Shown in pieces: positions 36,306 to 48,111 of a DNA stretch of 64,000 bases. A model generated the notes under the pieces. That model was not told the origin of the DNA. It did no database searches and saw only the letters and a list, made by a program, of their open reading frames with translations. A program made the translations under genes and the position numbers. How positions within the stretch are numbered: the stretch's first letter is position 1; every line of letters starts with the position of its first letter. The DNA is from Minutocellus sp. GHC0000111. Its lineage: Eukaryota. Where the stretch lies: assembly GCA_977018835.1 (NCBI GenBank), contig OZ361256.1:5022001-5086000 (forward strand). The letters run 5' to 3'.

Positions 36306-39300
36306 TTATTCTCCTCCTTCCGTAAAGCCTGCCTTTTGATGGATCGAACTGATGTCACTCTGGAATTGAATAGGAATCATCCAATCATCCTTCTCCTCAT
36401 CATCATTATCGGCATCCTTCATTTCAACATCACCGTCTTCGTCCTCCGTTGCTTTCTTTTTCTTATCGATATCGGCATTCTTGTCTCGCTTGATCTTCGG
36501 CACAAGGGCAGCTCGCGTCATCTTCAGAGTGCCCTGACCTTCCATCAAGTCATCTCGGAATCTACCCTCGTACACAGCCCCATTGGTGAAAACAATGGTG
36601 CCTCGCCCCTCTCGCTTACCACCCACCCAAGCACCTTCATACTTCTGCCCCTTGGGATATGTGGCGACGCCTCGACCTTCCATGGCGTTTTCACACCACA
36701 TTCCGTCGTAACTGAAGCCATCGGCCGCGTTGAGGATGCCCTGACCATGTCTCTTCCCTTTATTCCACTGACCAGTGTAAGCAGAGCCATCAGTCCAACG
36801 GAAGGTGCCTCGACCATGCGGGGTGTTGTCCCTCCAGTCGCCTTCGTAGACCGACCCATCGGGCATGGTGTATGTTCCGACGCCATGACGAGCATTCTCC
36901 TTGAAGTCGCCCGTGTAGACTCCGCCCCTGGTATCTCGCGCATCATCGGTGGTATCTGTGGGAGTGGGAGCACCGGTGACAATATTGACGAAAGGGCTGT
37001 CAGTAGGGTAGTAGTATGTCCCATGGCCGTGCATTCTTCCCCTCTCCCAGTCGCCTTCGTATACGACTCGCTTCCGGTCACCGGTGAGGAGAATACCCTT
37101 TCCGTGCTCCTTGTTGCGTCTCCATTCTCCCTCATAGAGCAGACCATTACTGTAGAGGCAAACGCCGCGCCCCTCTCGCAAACCATTGTTCAGCTCGCCT
37201 TCGTAGACAATAAACTGTGCCGGCGGGCCTCCACCAGGAGAGGAGTAGGGAGTGCCCACAGAACCGGAGGGAGAGGAAGGCCTACCAGAAACAGAGTTGG
37301 GTGACGACTTGGGCGTGCCATCGCCGACATCAATCTTCTCGTACAGAAAGTAGTGCGCGGCACGGAACTTGGCTTTCTTGGGATCTCCGACCGGAGGCAA
37401 CTTGATCGCAACGACGGGAGGTGCAGGAGCCACGGCAATGGCGGGGATGGTTCCCTTGGCAACCTTTTTTGCCGCCGCTGCTGCGCCGCGGGGAGTTCCC
37501 GGCTTCCGCTGAATTTGCTGCGCCTTACCGCTAGGAGTGGCACAACGAGGCGATAGGATCCCAGCTGGATTCAAACCCGCTGCAGCCTGCGCCGCCGCAG
37601 CTGCCTTGGCGGCAGAAATTGACAAGCCGCCAGCGGAAGTCGCCTTGGTGGCACCATCGCTCATAGACCTTTGGCGCTTCTTGATACCAGCCGCTCGTTC
37701 CTGCTCGGACTCAAAGGCCGATGCCTGTCGCCAGGAAATTTGCCTCTTTCGACTGGACGTGCGCACAGTTGGGGGATCATCTGTCCCAGCGCTACTGGCC
37801 CGCCCTCTCCTTGAAGAACCACTGCTCTTCTCGTCTGAGGCTAGGTTGACATAGATGCGCTGACAGCGGAGGACACCGAGGACGGGATCGTAGCCGCCGA
37901 TCAGCTCCCACTTGCCGTATTGGTTGGTACCACAGCCGCGCACATGAATATGTCCAGGAGGTAGAACACCCTCCTTGGGCTTGGGAGATGATCTTGCCGA
38001 ATCAGGCTTTGCATCATCCGCGCTCTTGGCTTCGTCGGCTTTGGGGCCAGTGCTCCTACTGGCATTGGCAGCAGCATCATTGCCCTCCTTCTTCTCCTTA
38101 GACTTGTCGTCTCCCTCACTTTCACCCTCAATCTCCACATCCGTAAAGACTGTCGTGGCATCCTTCGGAGGGGTAGTGTTGAAGAACAGATAAAACACCT
38201 CCGGAACGCGCGACGTCGCCCGATCCTTCCTTCTGGTTTCGTTCTCGAAGTATCCCGTCCACCGGCCACTGGGAGGGCACTGGCCGGGATATTTCAGAGA
38301 GGCATCGGTGTAGGGCTGTCCGTCCTCACTGGGGGTGGCAAATGTAATGACGGGCTGCTTCGGAGTAGGTGTAGACTCCGTACTTCCGGCGGTACTACTA
38401 GTAGTACCTGCGGGAGGAGTTGCGGTGGCGGCACTGCCAGTGGGAGATGTTGCCGCGCTGGACGGAGGAGATGGCTTGGGAGACATTTCTCCTCCTGGCG
38501 TCTCAGCCTGCTTCTTGACATCACCTCCCGACCCGCCCTTTGTCTCGGCTTCCGTTTTGGCCGAAGGAGTGGATGCTGGCGTGGACATTGGGGTTGCAGT
38601 GGTAGTACCAGTAGCAACAGCACCAGGGGCATTGGCGGAAGCTGCAGCGGTAGGCCTACCTGCTGCCTCGGGAGTCTTGGCCTGGGGTGCCCCCGGCGAC
38701 CCGGTCTTGCTTTCCGATGGCGAAGACTCCGACGCCGACGCTGGCGTCGAATCCTTCTCCGACTTTTTACTGTCTTCACCGCCACTGCCACTGCCACCGC
38801 CCCCGGCACCGGCCTTTTCCTTCTCCGGCCGTTCCCGCTCCGCCCGCTCCTCGCTCTCCTGGAAGTGCGCCCGGCACATGCCGTTGCAATTGCCCTGCCG
38901 CGTCTTGGGACAGTTGCCCACCCGGCACAGGCCCTTCCGCCGCTTGCTGCCGGACCCGCCGGACGCCGACGCGGCCGCGTGGGCCCGGCTGTTGGCCTTG
39001 GCGGCCGCGGCGGCGCTGGCGTTGGCCGCCCTCTTGCGCTTCTCCTCGATCTCGGCCTCCCTCTGCGACGCCAGCTTCTGCTGCCGCTCCTCCTCCTCGA
39101 GCTCTTCGTTCATGCTGGGGACGCGGACGGTGCTGGGGTCGACGACCTCCTGGAACTTGTACACGAAGCCATGGGGCTGCCCGGCCACCGGACGGGGACG
39201 CTTGTGCGGCGGGAGGAGGGCCAGGTCGTCGCCGTTCTCGTCCGTCGTTTCCGGGACGGCGTCGAAGGCCCATAGGCCGGTCCAGGACCAGGATCCGGTG

Positions 39301-39428
39301 GGAGTGGCCGGTACCTGCAGCTGGCCCGTGACGGAGTCTCTCGTCAGCTTGGGCGGGGAGGGGATGGGCGAGTTCTTAGGCGAGCCCTGAGGATTCACCC
39401 TCTTGATCTTGCCTCGGAGCGCAATCAT
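36306..39428 (-). CDS. MORN-repeat protein with N-terminal C3H zinc-finger-like motif
   Basis: ~9 YEG.W...HG.G repeats at the C-terminus; CRVGNCPKTRQGNCNGMCRAH. Confidence 0.85.
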   Translation of the reverse strand: MIALRGKIKRVNPQGSPKNSPIPSPPKLTRDSVTGQLQVPATPTGSWSWTGLWAFDAVPETTDENGDDLALLPPHKRPRPVAGQPHGFVYKFQEVVDPSTVRVPSMNEELEEEERQQKLASQREAEIEEKRKRAANASAAAAAKANSRAHAAASASGGSGSKRRKGLCRVGNCPKTRQGNCNGMCRAHFQESEERAERERPEKEKAGAGGGGSGSGGEDSKKSEKDSTPASASESSPSESKTGSPGAPQAKTPEAAGRPTAAASANAPGAVATGTTTATPMSTPASTPSAKTEAETKGGSGGDVKKQAETPGGEMSPKPSPPSSAATSPTGSAATATPPAGTTSSTAGSTESTPTPKQPVITFATPSEDGQPYTDASLKYPGQCPPSGRWTGYFENETRRKDRATSRVPEVFYLFFNTTPPKDATTVFTDVEIEGESEGDDKSKEKKEGNDAAANASRSTGPKADEAKSADDAKPDSARSSPKPKEGVLPPGHIHVRGCGTNQYGKWELIGGYDPVLGVLRCQRIYVNLASDEKSSGSSRRGRASSAGTDDPPTVRTSSRKRQISWRQASAFESEQERAAGIKKRQRSMSDGATKATSAGGLSISAAKAAAAAQAAAGLNPAGILSPRCATPSGKAQQIQRKPGTPRGAAAAAKKVAKGTIPAIAVAPAPPVVAIKLPPVGDPKKAKFRAAHYFLYEKIDVGDGTPKSSPNSVSGRPSSPSGSVGTPYSSPGGGPPAQFIVYEGELNNGLREGRGVCLYSNGLLYEGEWRRNKEHGKGILLTGDRKRVVYEGDWERGRMHGHGTYYYPTDSPFVNIVTGAPTPTDTTDDARDTRGGVYTGDFKENARHGVGTYTMPDGSVYEGDWRDNTPHGRGTFRWTDGSAYTGQWNKGKRHGQGILNAADGFSYDGMWCENAMEGRGVATYPKGQKYEGAWVGGKREGRGTIVFTNGAVYEGRFRDDLMEGQGTLKMTRAALVPKIKRDKNADIDKKKKATEDEDGDVEMKDADNDDEEKDDWMIPIQFQSDISSIHQKAGFTEGGE

Positions 39429-40210
39429 GATTCAGTGGCTGGTGGTTTGTGGGTATGTGAAGGGAACTCTCTTGACTACTGTGGTGCTTGTGCTTGTTGC
39501 TTGTGACCGACTGCGGCCGGGCAATGAAAAACCGCGGATCGATCCAAAGCTTTCAGTTCGAAAATCGGCACAGCACGTGCTATTTCTGCCTGCGCACAAA
39601 CCTTCAAACACAAGCAGCCTCCAACCACTGCGGTTGGATACAGGGCAACGCAGAGTACTACTAGGACCTAGCTGAGTATCTCTGGCTTTCCCCTGCGAGC
39701 ACTTGCATGTGACGTGATCGTGTGGCGGTTTGCGCCTTGCGCCTTGCCTCTCCTTGCTTGCCTCTCCGTCGCTCCGCGCCCTAACAACGGAAAGGAGCTC
39801 TATCGGATCGGGGTGCTCCCCCCAAAATTCTCTGCTTCATTCATTCACTTCGGCGTTGTCCACTTTTTTGTGGGCCACGGGCAAGGGGCGGCAGGCAGCA
39901 GCATACGACCGAAACCATGTCCGGCCGACTGATCATCCTTCCAAAGAAGTCGTACAACCCCTGGAAGCCAGAGAATGTCGAGAGGGTGCTTCGAGACGAG
40001 CGTTTGGAGAGGGAAAGGAAAGCGCAGTCTAAGCAGGCGCTGAGACGAGATCGAGAGGGTATAAGCGCTACTACTCTGAAATAAATAGGAACCTAAACAT
40101 ACTAAGTATTTTTCTACACTAATGCATAGTGTTTGTGAGACAAATCCCTGTCTCCACTCTGCTATCCACGTAGAATATATATCACATTAAGAACATGTAT
40201 TTTGCACGGA

Positions 40211-42717
40211 TTATCGAACGCACTTCGAACAACAAGAGCACTGAACGGCAGAGTTTGCACCGGCACAATCAGTAATGAATTCAGCGAGATTGTTTCTGGT
40301 AACCAGATTACACACATCTTGAGGAACTTGGCCCGTCAGCTTGTTCTCATGAAGTGTCAACTTTTCAAGATGAACGAGCTGCCCTATCTCTGTCGGCAGC
40401 TTGCCCTCAAGGGTATTCTCCTCGAGATGCAAATATTCGAGCCTAAACAGCTCCCCAAGTTCCGTGGGAAGTGTTCCCTCAAATTTGTTTGATTGCAGTT
40501 GCATGGCCACAAGGAACTCCATTCCAGTTATACGAATGGGTATAGTACCGGTCAGCAAGTTTGACGATAGGAATAGCTGACGCAGATCCTTCAGGTCTGA
40601 CCATTCTTCTGGTATTGTCCCAGTCAATTGATTTGACGATAAATTGATTTGTTTCAGGCGTGAAAGTCGGCTGATTTCAACCTCCAATGGGCCACTCAAC
40701 TGATTATCCTGAAGATGAACTTCCTCCAATCGAGATCCGAGCGAGCCAATTTCGCGTGGAACTGCATGAATAAAAAGGGGAGGAGGTGGATGAGACATAT
40801 GGCCAACTGGTGGCATTGTATTTTACGCAGTGAGTTACATATACAATGTACAACGTAGACTTACTAGTGGATGCGAGAATATTGTCATCAAGGTACAGTA
40901 GCTCCAGACTCTTCAGTTGGCCAATCTTCGCCGAGATGGAACCTGTCAATTTGTTGGATCTCAACCTCAAATCGGCAAGACGCGACAGGCTATAAAGTTC
41001 GTCGGGGATAGCTCCACTCAATTGGTTACGGTCAAGGTAGCAATTGCGAATCTTTGTACAAAGCCCAATTGAAGAGGGAATGGGCCCCGTCAACGCATTC
41101 TCGTGCAGACCCAAACCATAGAGATTGAGCAGATTTCCGATGGTGCTTGGAACCGGTCCGGTGAGCTCATTGTTATGTGTGTAAACGTTCATCAATCGAG
41201 ACAACTGACCGATCTCAGTCGGTATTTGACCATTGAAGGAGTTGTCTCCTATGTACAAGCCCTCGAGTGCTGCCAATTTGCCAATCTCTGTGGCGAGAGT
41301 ACCACCCAGTTCATTGTGACTCAGATCCAAGATCTGCAAGTCCTGCATCGTTGAAAAAAGTTCCTTCGGGAGATCGTCAGTTTTCAGCAGATTCTGCGTG
41401 AAATTTAATTCCAATACGACATTGTTGCCATCGTATTGAGTATCCTTCTTTGACCCATCACGGGGAAAGCAAAACACACCTTTCCATGAGCAGAATCCCT
41501 TTTCACTCATCCAGTTTGTTTCGTGTGCCCATTTGGCATCGTCTGTAGGCTGTCCTTTGCCATCTGTCCTAAGCTGGAACCAAAAAGTTGCCTCCGTACC
41601 GCTCGAGTAAGTATGGGTCCTCGGGGTCAATTTGCATGGGATCATGCCTTGCAATCCATTCCAACGCGTATGATTGGGGAGTCCTACCCTCGCCGGTGTC
41701 CATGCCACTCTCCAGAGCGGCCGGTTCCGTAGCTTCCGCAAATAATATGCGATCACGAATCTTGACGTAACGCTCGTTGGCTGCCTCCAATTCTTCTTCA
41801 CTCTCGCCGCCGAAATTGATGTGCGGCAAGTGGCCGTCGAACGCGCTAGTTGTAGTGACGGCAGCAACCACAATGGCAATGACAACTGTTGCAACAGCCA
41901 TCAAGATGAGACATCGGCGATGAAAGCAGGCAGCCTCTAGTTTGTGACCCATACGCTGGAAGCAGCTTCCCTCATCTTCATCTCGAAGATGTGACGTCCG
42001 TCGATCTCCACGAGTCCGGTCGGTGAAGCTGGGCGTTCTATAGTTATCCAGCCCAACGCTTAGATTGTGCAGGTTGTCGGCACGGAAGCTTCCGCTGGAA
42101 CCATTGTTGTGGTCGTCTCTGTGACGATGTGCAGAAACTCTCTCGGCGACATTTCTTCCGGCGTTCTGGAGTGATGCTCCCATCTGATCCAGGAACGGCT
42201 TACTCTGTTCACGGGCCGATTGTAGGCCCTGGTTGGCACCCCGTGCAACGTTACCCAGACCCTGTCGAACGGAACCGAGACCAGCTTGCAGAGAACGGTT
42301 AGAAGAGGCGTTAGCACCGTCGAACTCGGGATCGGCAGCGTATCCCAAATCTCGACTGGAATAGGACAGTCCATCCTCGTCTTGGAGGAAGGTACGAGCC
42401 ATTTCCATGGCATTTGTTCTCTGGTCTCGGCTTGTGCTTTCATCCTCGGAAAGCGAGCTTTGACTGGCATTATCAATGGACGAACGTCTTCCGCGGCGGC
42501 CGCCGCCAGCACTTCCGGTACCGACGCTGGCACCGGCACGGAACGACGATGAGGGCGACGAGGAGCCGGCGGCCTCCGCCTCACTCATATCAACCATGAA
42601 ATTGCGATAGGACACATCGGCGATATTGCTCGCGGCCTCCATCGCCTTCATCTGGGCATCGATCTTGGCCTGACGGGCCGCCCTCCGCTCGGCCTTTTCC
42701 TTATCAAACGTGTTCAT
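40211..42717 (-). pseudogene. type II membrane leucine-rich-repeat protein (diatom LRR family); frameshift ~41592; intron 40762-40864
   Basis: TM helix, TPQSYALEWI, ERY..ATFWF, NWMS....CSWKGVFC, many LxxNxLxGxIP repeats, terminal CSCCSKC. Confidence 0.82.
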
Positions 42718-43111
42718 GCTCTTCTTCGTATCTTCACGGAGCGGAGGCGCGCAAATTCAAAATCGACGACGAAGAAGTACGAATCGTACGATCGTAGCAG
42801 CTAGAATGGCGCGGTAAATGGATCACTTTCCTCGGGTTACTAATAGAGTCGGTGATAGTTGGTGAAGCGGGGGGTGTACAGCGGACAGCGCAGGAAGGTG
42901 GCATACGCCAGATGCTGACCTTGCGGCATGTGCGGATTGAAAAGTGCTCAGCCAGCGAGTCAAGTGCCAAGTTCGAAAGTTGCAAAGCTCAAGCAAGTTC
43001 TCGCGTCGTCGTGGTGGCGGCGTACGTACGAGAGCGTACGAGCTGCAAGCAACGCGTTCGTCATCGTCCAATTCGTCTCATTTTTCGCCGGCACGGCCCC
43101 TGGACCAAGAT

Positions 43112-43930
43112 ATGATGATGCTTCTCAACTACAACCTCGCATTGCTTGCTTTTGCGGTAGCAGGTCTCGTCGGTCTAAGCGATGCATTCTCCCCGAGATT
43201 ATTATGCTCGAATTCGTATTGCCGGTTTTCAGCAGCGAGTACAACGGCCATGAATGCCTCTCGCCGTGATGTCATTGCTACCGCGTCGGCAACGATATTG
43301 TCCAGCATTTTGACTGCTGACGCAGCTCTCGCATCGGATGCAACAGCCAGTCAGAACGTACCAACTCAAAGTGCGGCCACGTCTGCCGGAAGGAGGGGAT
43401 GCAAAACGGATACCAACCCAAGTCGAACGGTCGTCACGTGCTATGGGGAATTGAAAAAGTATAACGAGGATGGTCGGTTATCCAAAATTGCTGCCACAGC
43501 GAATGGAGTATCGACATCGAGCGTGAGGAATCCGAGTCGCTTCTCACCGCCTTGGAACTATTTGACGGAAACTTCCGACGCAAATGTAGCTTGGAAGAGC
43601 TTGATTAATGCGGTCAACAATGTGGAGCCAGGCATTGAAATTGTAGAGCTTACCGATTCATATCTGCATGCCACGGCACCGACGCAATCACCGCCTGGTC
43701 TGACGGGTCCAGCTGGACTGGATGATATCGAATTTATCCTCAAGCCCGAGGACAATTTGGTGTTGTATCGGAGCGCAAGCAGGACATCTGTCTTTGTTTA
43801 TCCGCTAACGCAGCCAGTGTCCGATCAAAATACAAATTTGAAAAGGCTAAACAAAATTCGTGACAAACTGGGATGGGGGTTACTGGGCGACGAGATCGTT
43901 GGTGTTACTGTCGGCTCACAGCGTTTGTAG
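43112..43930 (+). CDS. DUF1499-like plastid/thylakoid protein
   Basis: signal peptide + DAF, SRRD twin-Arg-like motif, NGVSTS, YLHA, DDIEF, YRSASR, RL..IR..LGW. Confidence 0.7.
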   Translation: MMMLLNYNLALLAFAVAGLVGLSDAFSPRLLCSNSYCRFSAASTTAMNASRRDVIATASATILSSILTADAALASDATASQNVPTQSAATSAGRRGCKTDTNPSRTVVTCYGELKKYNEDGRLSKIAATANGVSTSSVRNPSRFSPPWNYLTETSDANVAWKSLINAVNNVEPGIEIVELTDSYLHATAPTQSPPGLTGPAGLDDIEFILKPEDNLVLYRSASRTSVFVYPLTQPVSDQNTNLKRLNKIRDKLGWGLLGDEIVGVTVGSQRL

Positions 43931-44000
43931 CCACATTTAGCTAGATAGCAAAATGCATAACCCAAGCAAACAAACAATCATTTGACAATCATGTTAACGA

Positions 44001-46514
44001 TTAATGCGTTTTCAGGACAATGCCCTGGCCAATACCATCGTTGTGGTCGAAGCTATCGAAATCAATTGAAATAGAATAAGAAGCAAAAGCATTCCAACCA
44101 TCCCAAACGTCTATGATATCAAAATGCCGTCCTGGAGCCGCTTCTTTGTGACCATTGCCATTTACCAACATTAGATCATGCAGGGTAATTTCAGCGGAAA
44201 GGATGTTCGTGTCGCCTGGATTTACCACCACTCGATCAAACGCTCGCAATGCTCTCAGCGGGACGGGATCTGATACATTTTTTCGCATTTTGTCCGAAGC
44301 TCGAACATAAACCATCACTAAAGCAGATATTGGCCGTCTGTCACCATTGTATGCATCGCAAGAAACTATCCATTTGTTTGTTATTTCGGCATTTTTCTTC
44401 AGAGAACACTGAAGACGACTTTTACTTGGATGTTCTGAGGGCATGCCTTCGCCAAAAGTCGCGAGTTTGGTTCCCGAGTAGTACCGATAGGTCAGTCCAT
44501 CACCGGCGGCCATATCATACTGGTCGACACCATGAGTTTCTGCCCATCTTTTTGGATACATGGTAGTGACAAGTCTGCCCCAGGAGATTGGCCCAAAACC
44601 ATATATTGCTTGAATGATGGATGCCATGCCCAGTGAAGGGTTATAGGCTTCCACAATGGCATATCGTCGTGGAAGGTTGGTAGATAATGTGCGCACTGCT
44701 GCATCGCTGACTCCACTTTGATAGCATAAAGGCAGTTGCAGCTGCTTTTCCGTCAGCGACGTCGACTTGTCAGCATTGTAAACACCTGAGTAATCTCTGA
44801 CAGGGAGCAAGTCATCAATAGAGAGCGCACCGCCATTCGTCAATAGCAGCACGGCAATGATGTCGCGTTCGGCGGCAATTGATAAAACATCCAGAGCAAA
44901 TTGGTTCTGAAGTCCAGGAAGTGATGTTTCCGTTCGGTCTATGCCTTCTTGCTCCCAGTCTCTCGATATTCCCATCGCCAGTACGACAACGTCGGCAAGA
45001 TTTGATACTGCGTCAAGCGCATGGTCGTAGTGGTCGGTTCTATCGGTGGATTTCTCGTCAATGCCCTGGAAAAGAAAAGTTTGGCCCTTTGCATTGATTT
45101 TTCGGATCGCCTTATAGACGGTTGGAATGCAGTCAAATGGAGCAGACTCTTGAGGACAAACTTCATCGCCGTAATAATCTGGTAGGTAACCCGCCCCGTC
45201 GTTGGCCTGAGGTCCCACGACAACAACGGTTTCTCCAGGTCGAAGTGGTAAGCCGCCTTCCAAATTACGAAGAAGGACAGCCGTCTGTCGCGCAGCATCA
45301 TCTCGGACCTTTGCATGGTCTTCTGAGCCGATGGAATCAGCAGTAATCGCCGACCAAGAAACTTTTCGTGGGTTATCGAACCTGCCGACTTTCATCATCC
45401 CAGTGTATACTCGCCGAAGGGCATCATCGATTGCACTCTCGTCAATTAAACTGTGTTTCACTGCACTAATCATGTGATCTACCCAGATGTGGGTTCCAGC
45501 TTCAACGTCAGTTCCATTTCCTAGAGTCCATGCCGCAGCATGCTCGGGAGTAGGAGCATTGGCTGGTTCATGTAGCATGTTCGATACTGCTCCACAATCT
45601 GTCATGACAATTGAATCGGGCCTATTCCATTTCTCCCTCAAAATTCTCTTGAGTATAAAGTCATTAGCACAGGATGGTCTGCCATTTTCTCCATTGTAGC
45701 TGCACATGACTCCAGATGCGCCCCCTCTCACTAAGCCAGCCTCGTATTGAGGGAAATAGGTGTCGAAAAAGTCATGAAGGGAAATGTTATACGTGTCACT
45801 CCCTCGCCCTGCCTCACGGCTGTATGCAGTATAATGCTTTAGGAAAGCCATCATCTTTAGATATCCCTTTTCGTCGACTTGTTGCATCCCATTGACATAC
45901 TCGACGGCATACTCGCCATTCAGATATGGGTCCTCTCCAGGCAATTCGCTCGTTCTTCCAAATCGAGGATCTCTAGCAATATTTATGTTTGGCCCAAAGC
46001 CCGTCAGTCCAACAAAGCAGCCGTCGCAGCGGCGTTTCCCGCCACTGTTGTACAGACCTCTCAGTTCGGTAGATATCACATCTCCCTTGCCATACCAAAC
46101 TGATCCGTTGAAAGAAGATGCTAGGCCCAGCTGGCCAGGAAAGGCAGTCGCGCATCGCGTACCATTCAAACAAACGCTATTGGCTTGGCTGTTGGTTTCT
46201 GTTAGCCACATGAATCGGCCCAACCCCAATCGAGGAACTCGTTTGGTTACAACGTTGCAATCATGGCCGACCGAGGGATCCGGTGCGAGGGAGGCAATCT
46301 TTTCCTCGATGTTCATAACGCCAATGAGAGCTTCGACTCGATCGACATGAGAGAGGGATGCGTTGCAGTATTGATAAGTGCGAGCAGTTGGTGAGATGCA
46401 CTCCTGATAGTTTGGGAGAGCTGCTGCTGTGACACTCATGAGGATCTGAAGGAGCAAAGTGAAGCCGCAGCTCCGTAGATGATAGTGGCGGTGGTAGTTG
46501 TATTGAGTGGACAT
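44001..46514 (-). CDS. glycoside hydrolase family 3 beta-xylosidase-like, secreted
   Basis: PNINIARDPRFGR..E.PGEDP, LKHY, MCSYN, MTDCGA nucleophile, EGIDR, LTYRYY. Confidence 0.9.
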   Translation of the reverse strand: MSTQYNYHRHYHLRSCGFTLLLQILMSVTAAALPNYQECISPTARTYQYCNASLSHVDRVEALIGVMNIEEKIASLAPDPSVGHDCNVVTKRVPRLGLGRFMWLTETNSQANSVCLNGTRCATAFPGQLGLASSFNGSVWYGKGDVISTELRGLYNSGGKRRCDGCFVGLTGFGPNINIARDPRFGRTSELPGEDPYLNGEYAVEYVNGMQQVDEKGYLKMMAFLKHYTAYSREAGRGSDTYNISLHDFFDTYFPQYEAGLVRGGASGVMCSYNGENGRPSCANDFILKRILREKWNRPDSIVMTDCGAVSNMLHEPANAPTPEHAAAWTLGNGTDVEAGTHIWVDHMISAVKHSLIDESAIDDALRRVYTGMMKVGRFDNPRKVSWSAITADSIGSEDHAKVRDDAARQTAVLLRNLEGGLPLRPGETVVVVGPQANDGAGYLPDYYGDEVCPQESAPFDCIPTVYKAIRKINAKGQTFLFQGIDEKSTDRTDHYDHALDAVSNLADVVVLAMGISRDWEQEGIDRTETSLPGLQNQFALDVLSIAAERDIIAVLLLTNGGALSIDDLLPVRDYSGVYNADKSTSLTEKQLQLPLCYQSGVSDAAVRTLSTNLPRRYAIVEAYNPSLGMASIIQAIYGFGPISWGRLVTTMYPKRWAETHGVDQYDMAAGDGLTYRYYSGTKLATFGEGMPSEHPSKSRLQCSLKKNAEITNKWIVSCDAYNGDRRPISALVMVYVRASDKMRKNVSDPVPLRALRAFDRVVVNPGDTNILSAEITLHDLMLVNGNGHKEAAPGRHFDIIDVWDGWNAFASYSISIDFDSFDHNDGIGQGIVLKTH

Positions 46515-46884
46515 AATAGAATAAACGAATAAGCGGTGCAGCAATGAAATGAATGCAAACGTCAGGATAATCAAGAGATGGTGACTGATGAGCTGACTGA
46601 GCGATGAGCTGATGATCCGAGATCTTCCAGCTCTGCCAAGTTTGCTTGCGATTGAAAGCCTGGATCTTTCGACTCAGGCTTCTGTACTTCCTTTGATTCG
46701 AGCCAGTCAAGCGGGGGCGGAGCCATGCGCCAGTCCACGCCACCGCAACCCCGCCGCGCCAAACTGAAGTGCGCCATGGCATGTTGCTGGTAGGAATTCC
46801 TAGTCAGGCCACCTTGGCTCATTCTCACTACGGAGGCAACATCCCGTCTCTGTCCCAATCCTCTACGCAAAGCATAACATAAAG

Positions 46885-47604
46885 ATGCCGAGCAAATCAT
46901 CTCTCCTCTTGGCGGCGGCGTTGTCAGCTTGCGTCGTTTCCCAACACGGAACAGAGGCGGCCAATGCAATCAAGATCGAAAATATGGAGCAACAGAACCA
47001 CACGTATGAGTGGGAAGAGCTGAACCATTACGAATTGCTTTACCTTACCAGTCTATCGCATCAAAATGACACCACCGCGACGTATGTGGAATCTGCCACC
47101 TTTGGACCATCGACGAATTATACCTCGTCGCTGCTACCAGTCGAAGAAAGAATTCGACAGCGAAAAGAAATCACAACTTCAGACGTGAAGAAGGGATACA
47201 AAGTTGCCGCCAAGCTCCATCATCCTGACAAGGTCATGGGCAAGTTTCGTCAATCGCAAAGAGAATATGCCGTGACTGGCGATGGAACACTTGGAGATGC
47301 ACCACTATCATATGATGAATTGAATGCGAGGATGGCCAAAATTGTAGAGGCGAAAGAAGTTCTGTCAGATGAAGTGAAGCGAAAGCGATACGACTGGTAT
47401 CTGTTACACTACGAGGAGAATCAGGAAAGGGCTCGAAGGTATGCGAGTGATATATCCAAACCATGCAAATATGATGACGAATGTGGCGTGGAATCAGGCG
47501 AGTGCTGCATAAAGTTTCACTTCAAGTTTTGTGGCGACAAAAGGAAGTATCCTGCACCAGCTCTCAAGTGCTCTGGGATGAATCCAAAGTGGAAATTCAT
47601 GTAA
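46885..47604 (+). CDS. secreted/ER J-domain (DnaJ) protein with Cys-rich C-terminus
   Basis: signal peptide; NHYELL, HHPDK, EVLSDEVKRKRYD. Confidence 0.75.
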   Translation: MPSKSSLLLAAALSACVVSQHGTEAANAIKIENMEQQNHTYEWEELNHYELLYLTSLSHQNDTTATYVESATFGPSTNYTSSLLPVEERIRQRKEITTSDVKKGYKVAAKLHHPDKVMGKFRQSQREYAVTGDGTLGDAPLSYDELNARMAKIVEAKEVLSDEVKRKRYDWYLLHYEENQERARRYASDISKPCKYDDECGVESGECCIKFHFKFCGDKRKYPAPALKCSGMNPKWKFM

Positions 47605-48111
47605 GAATTGCGAGGGGCTTGTACTACATGGTACATAGCTGCAAGTTAATGAGTCTCCACCAACCAATATACTGCGATAAAGCTATCTAACTAAAGTAGT
47701 AAAAAGTAGTAACAAAAAATTGAGAGCAGCCAAGAAGGCGTACTATGTAATGTTTTATCCCCGTGCAATGCAGTGCGATGCAAATATGTGCTCTCTTCGT
47801 CTCTCTTCTATGCCCTTGTATATTCTATTCAGCCAGCCTCGCACATGAAGATACAAAACGCGTCGTGATATGAAGGCTGTGACGATGAAGGCCAGGTGAA
47901 AGCTGTCAAAAGTTGAGCTAAACAGAACCTGACAGAGACGTTTTGTAGAACTCCATCTCAGCGAAGATAGACGTGTAACAAATTCTGATGATGTTGCAAT
48001 GTGAATTTGTTGTCCAATAATTGCACTTGCAGTATCAATTGCAGTTTGAGGTCCGACCTGACGAACATGGACGGCTACGGACCTCGAGATCTCGAGCAAA
48101 CCTGGCTACGG

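Noticed and set aside
36243..39390. Long antisense ORFs (353 aa, 351 aa), and similar ones over CAMTA and CSN7
   Set aside because: Shadow frames of GC-rich coding sequence on the opposite strand
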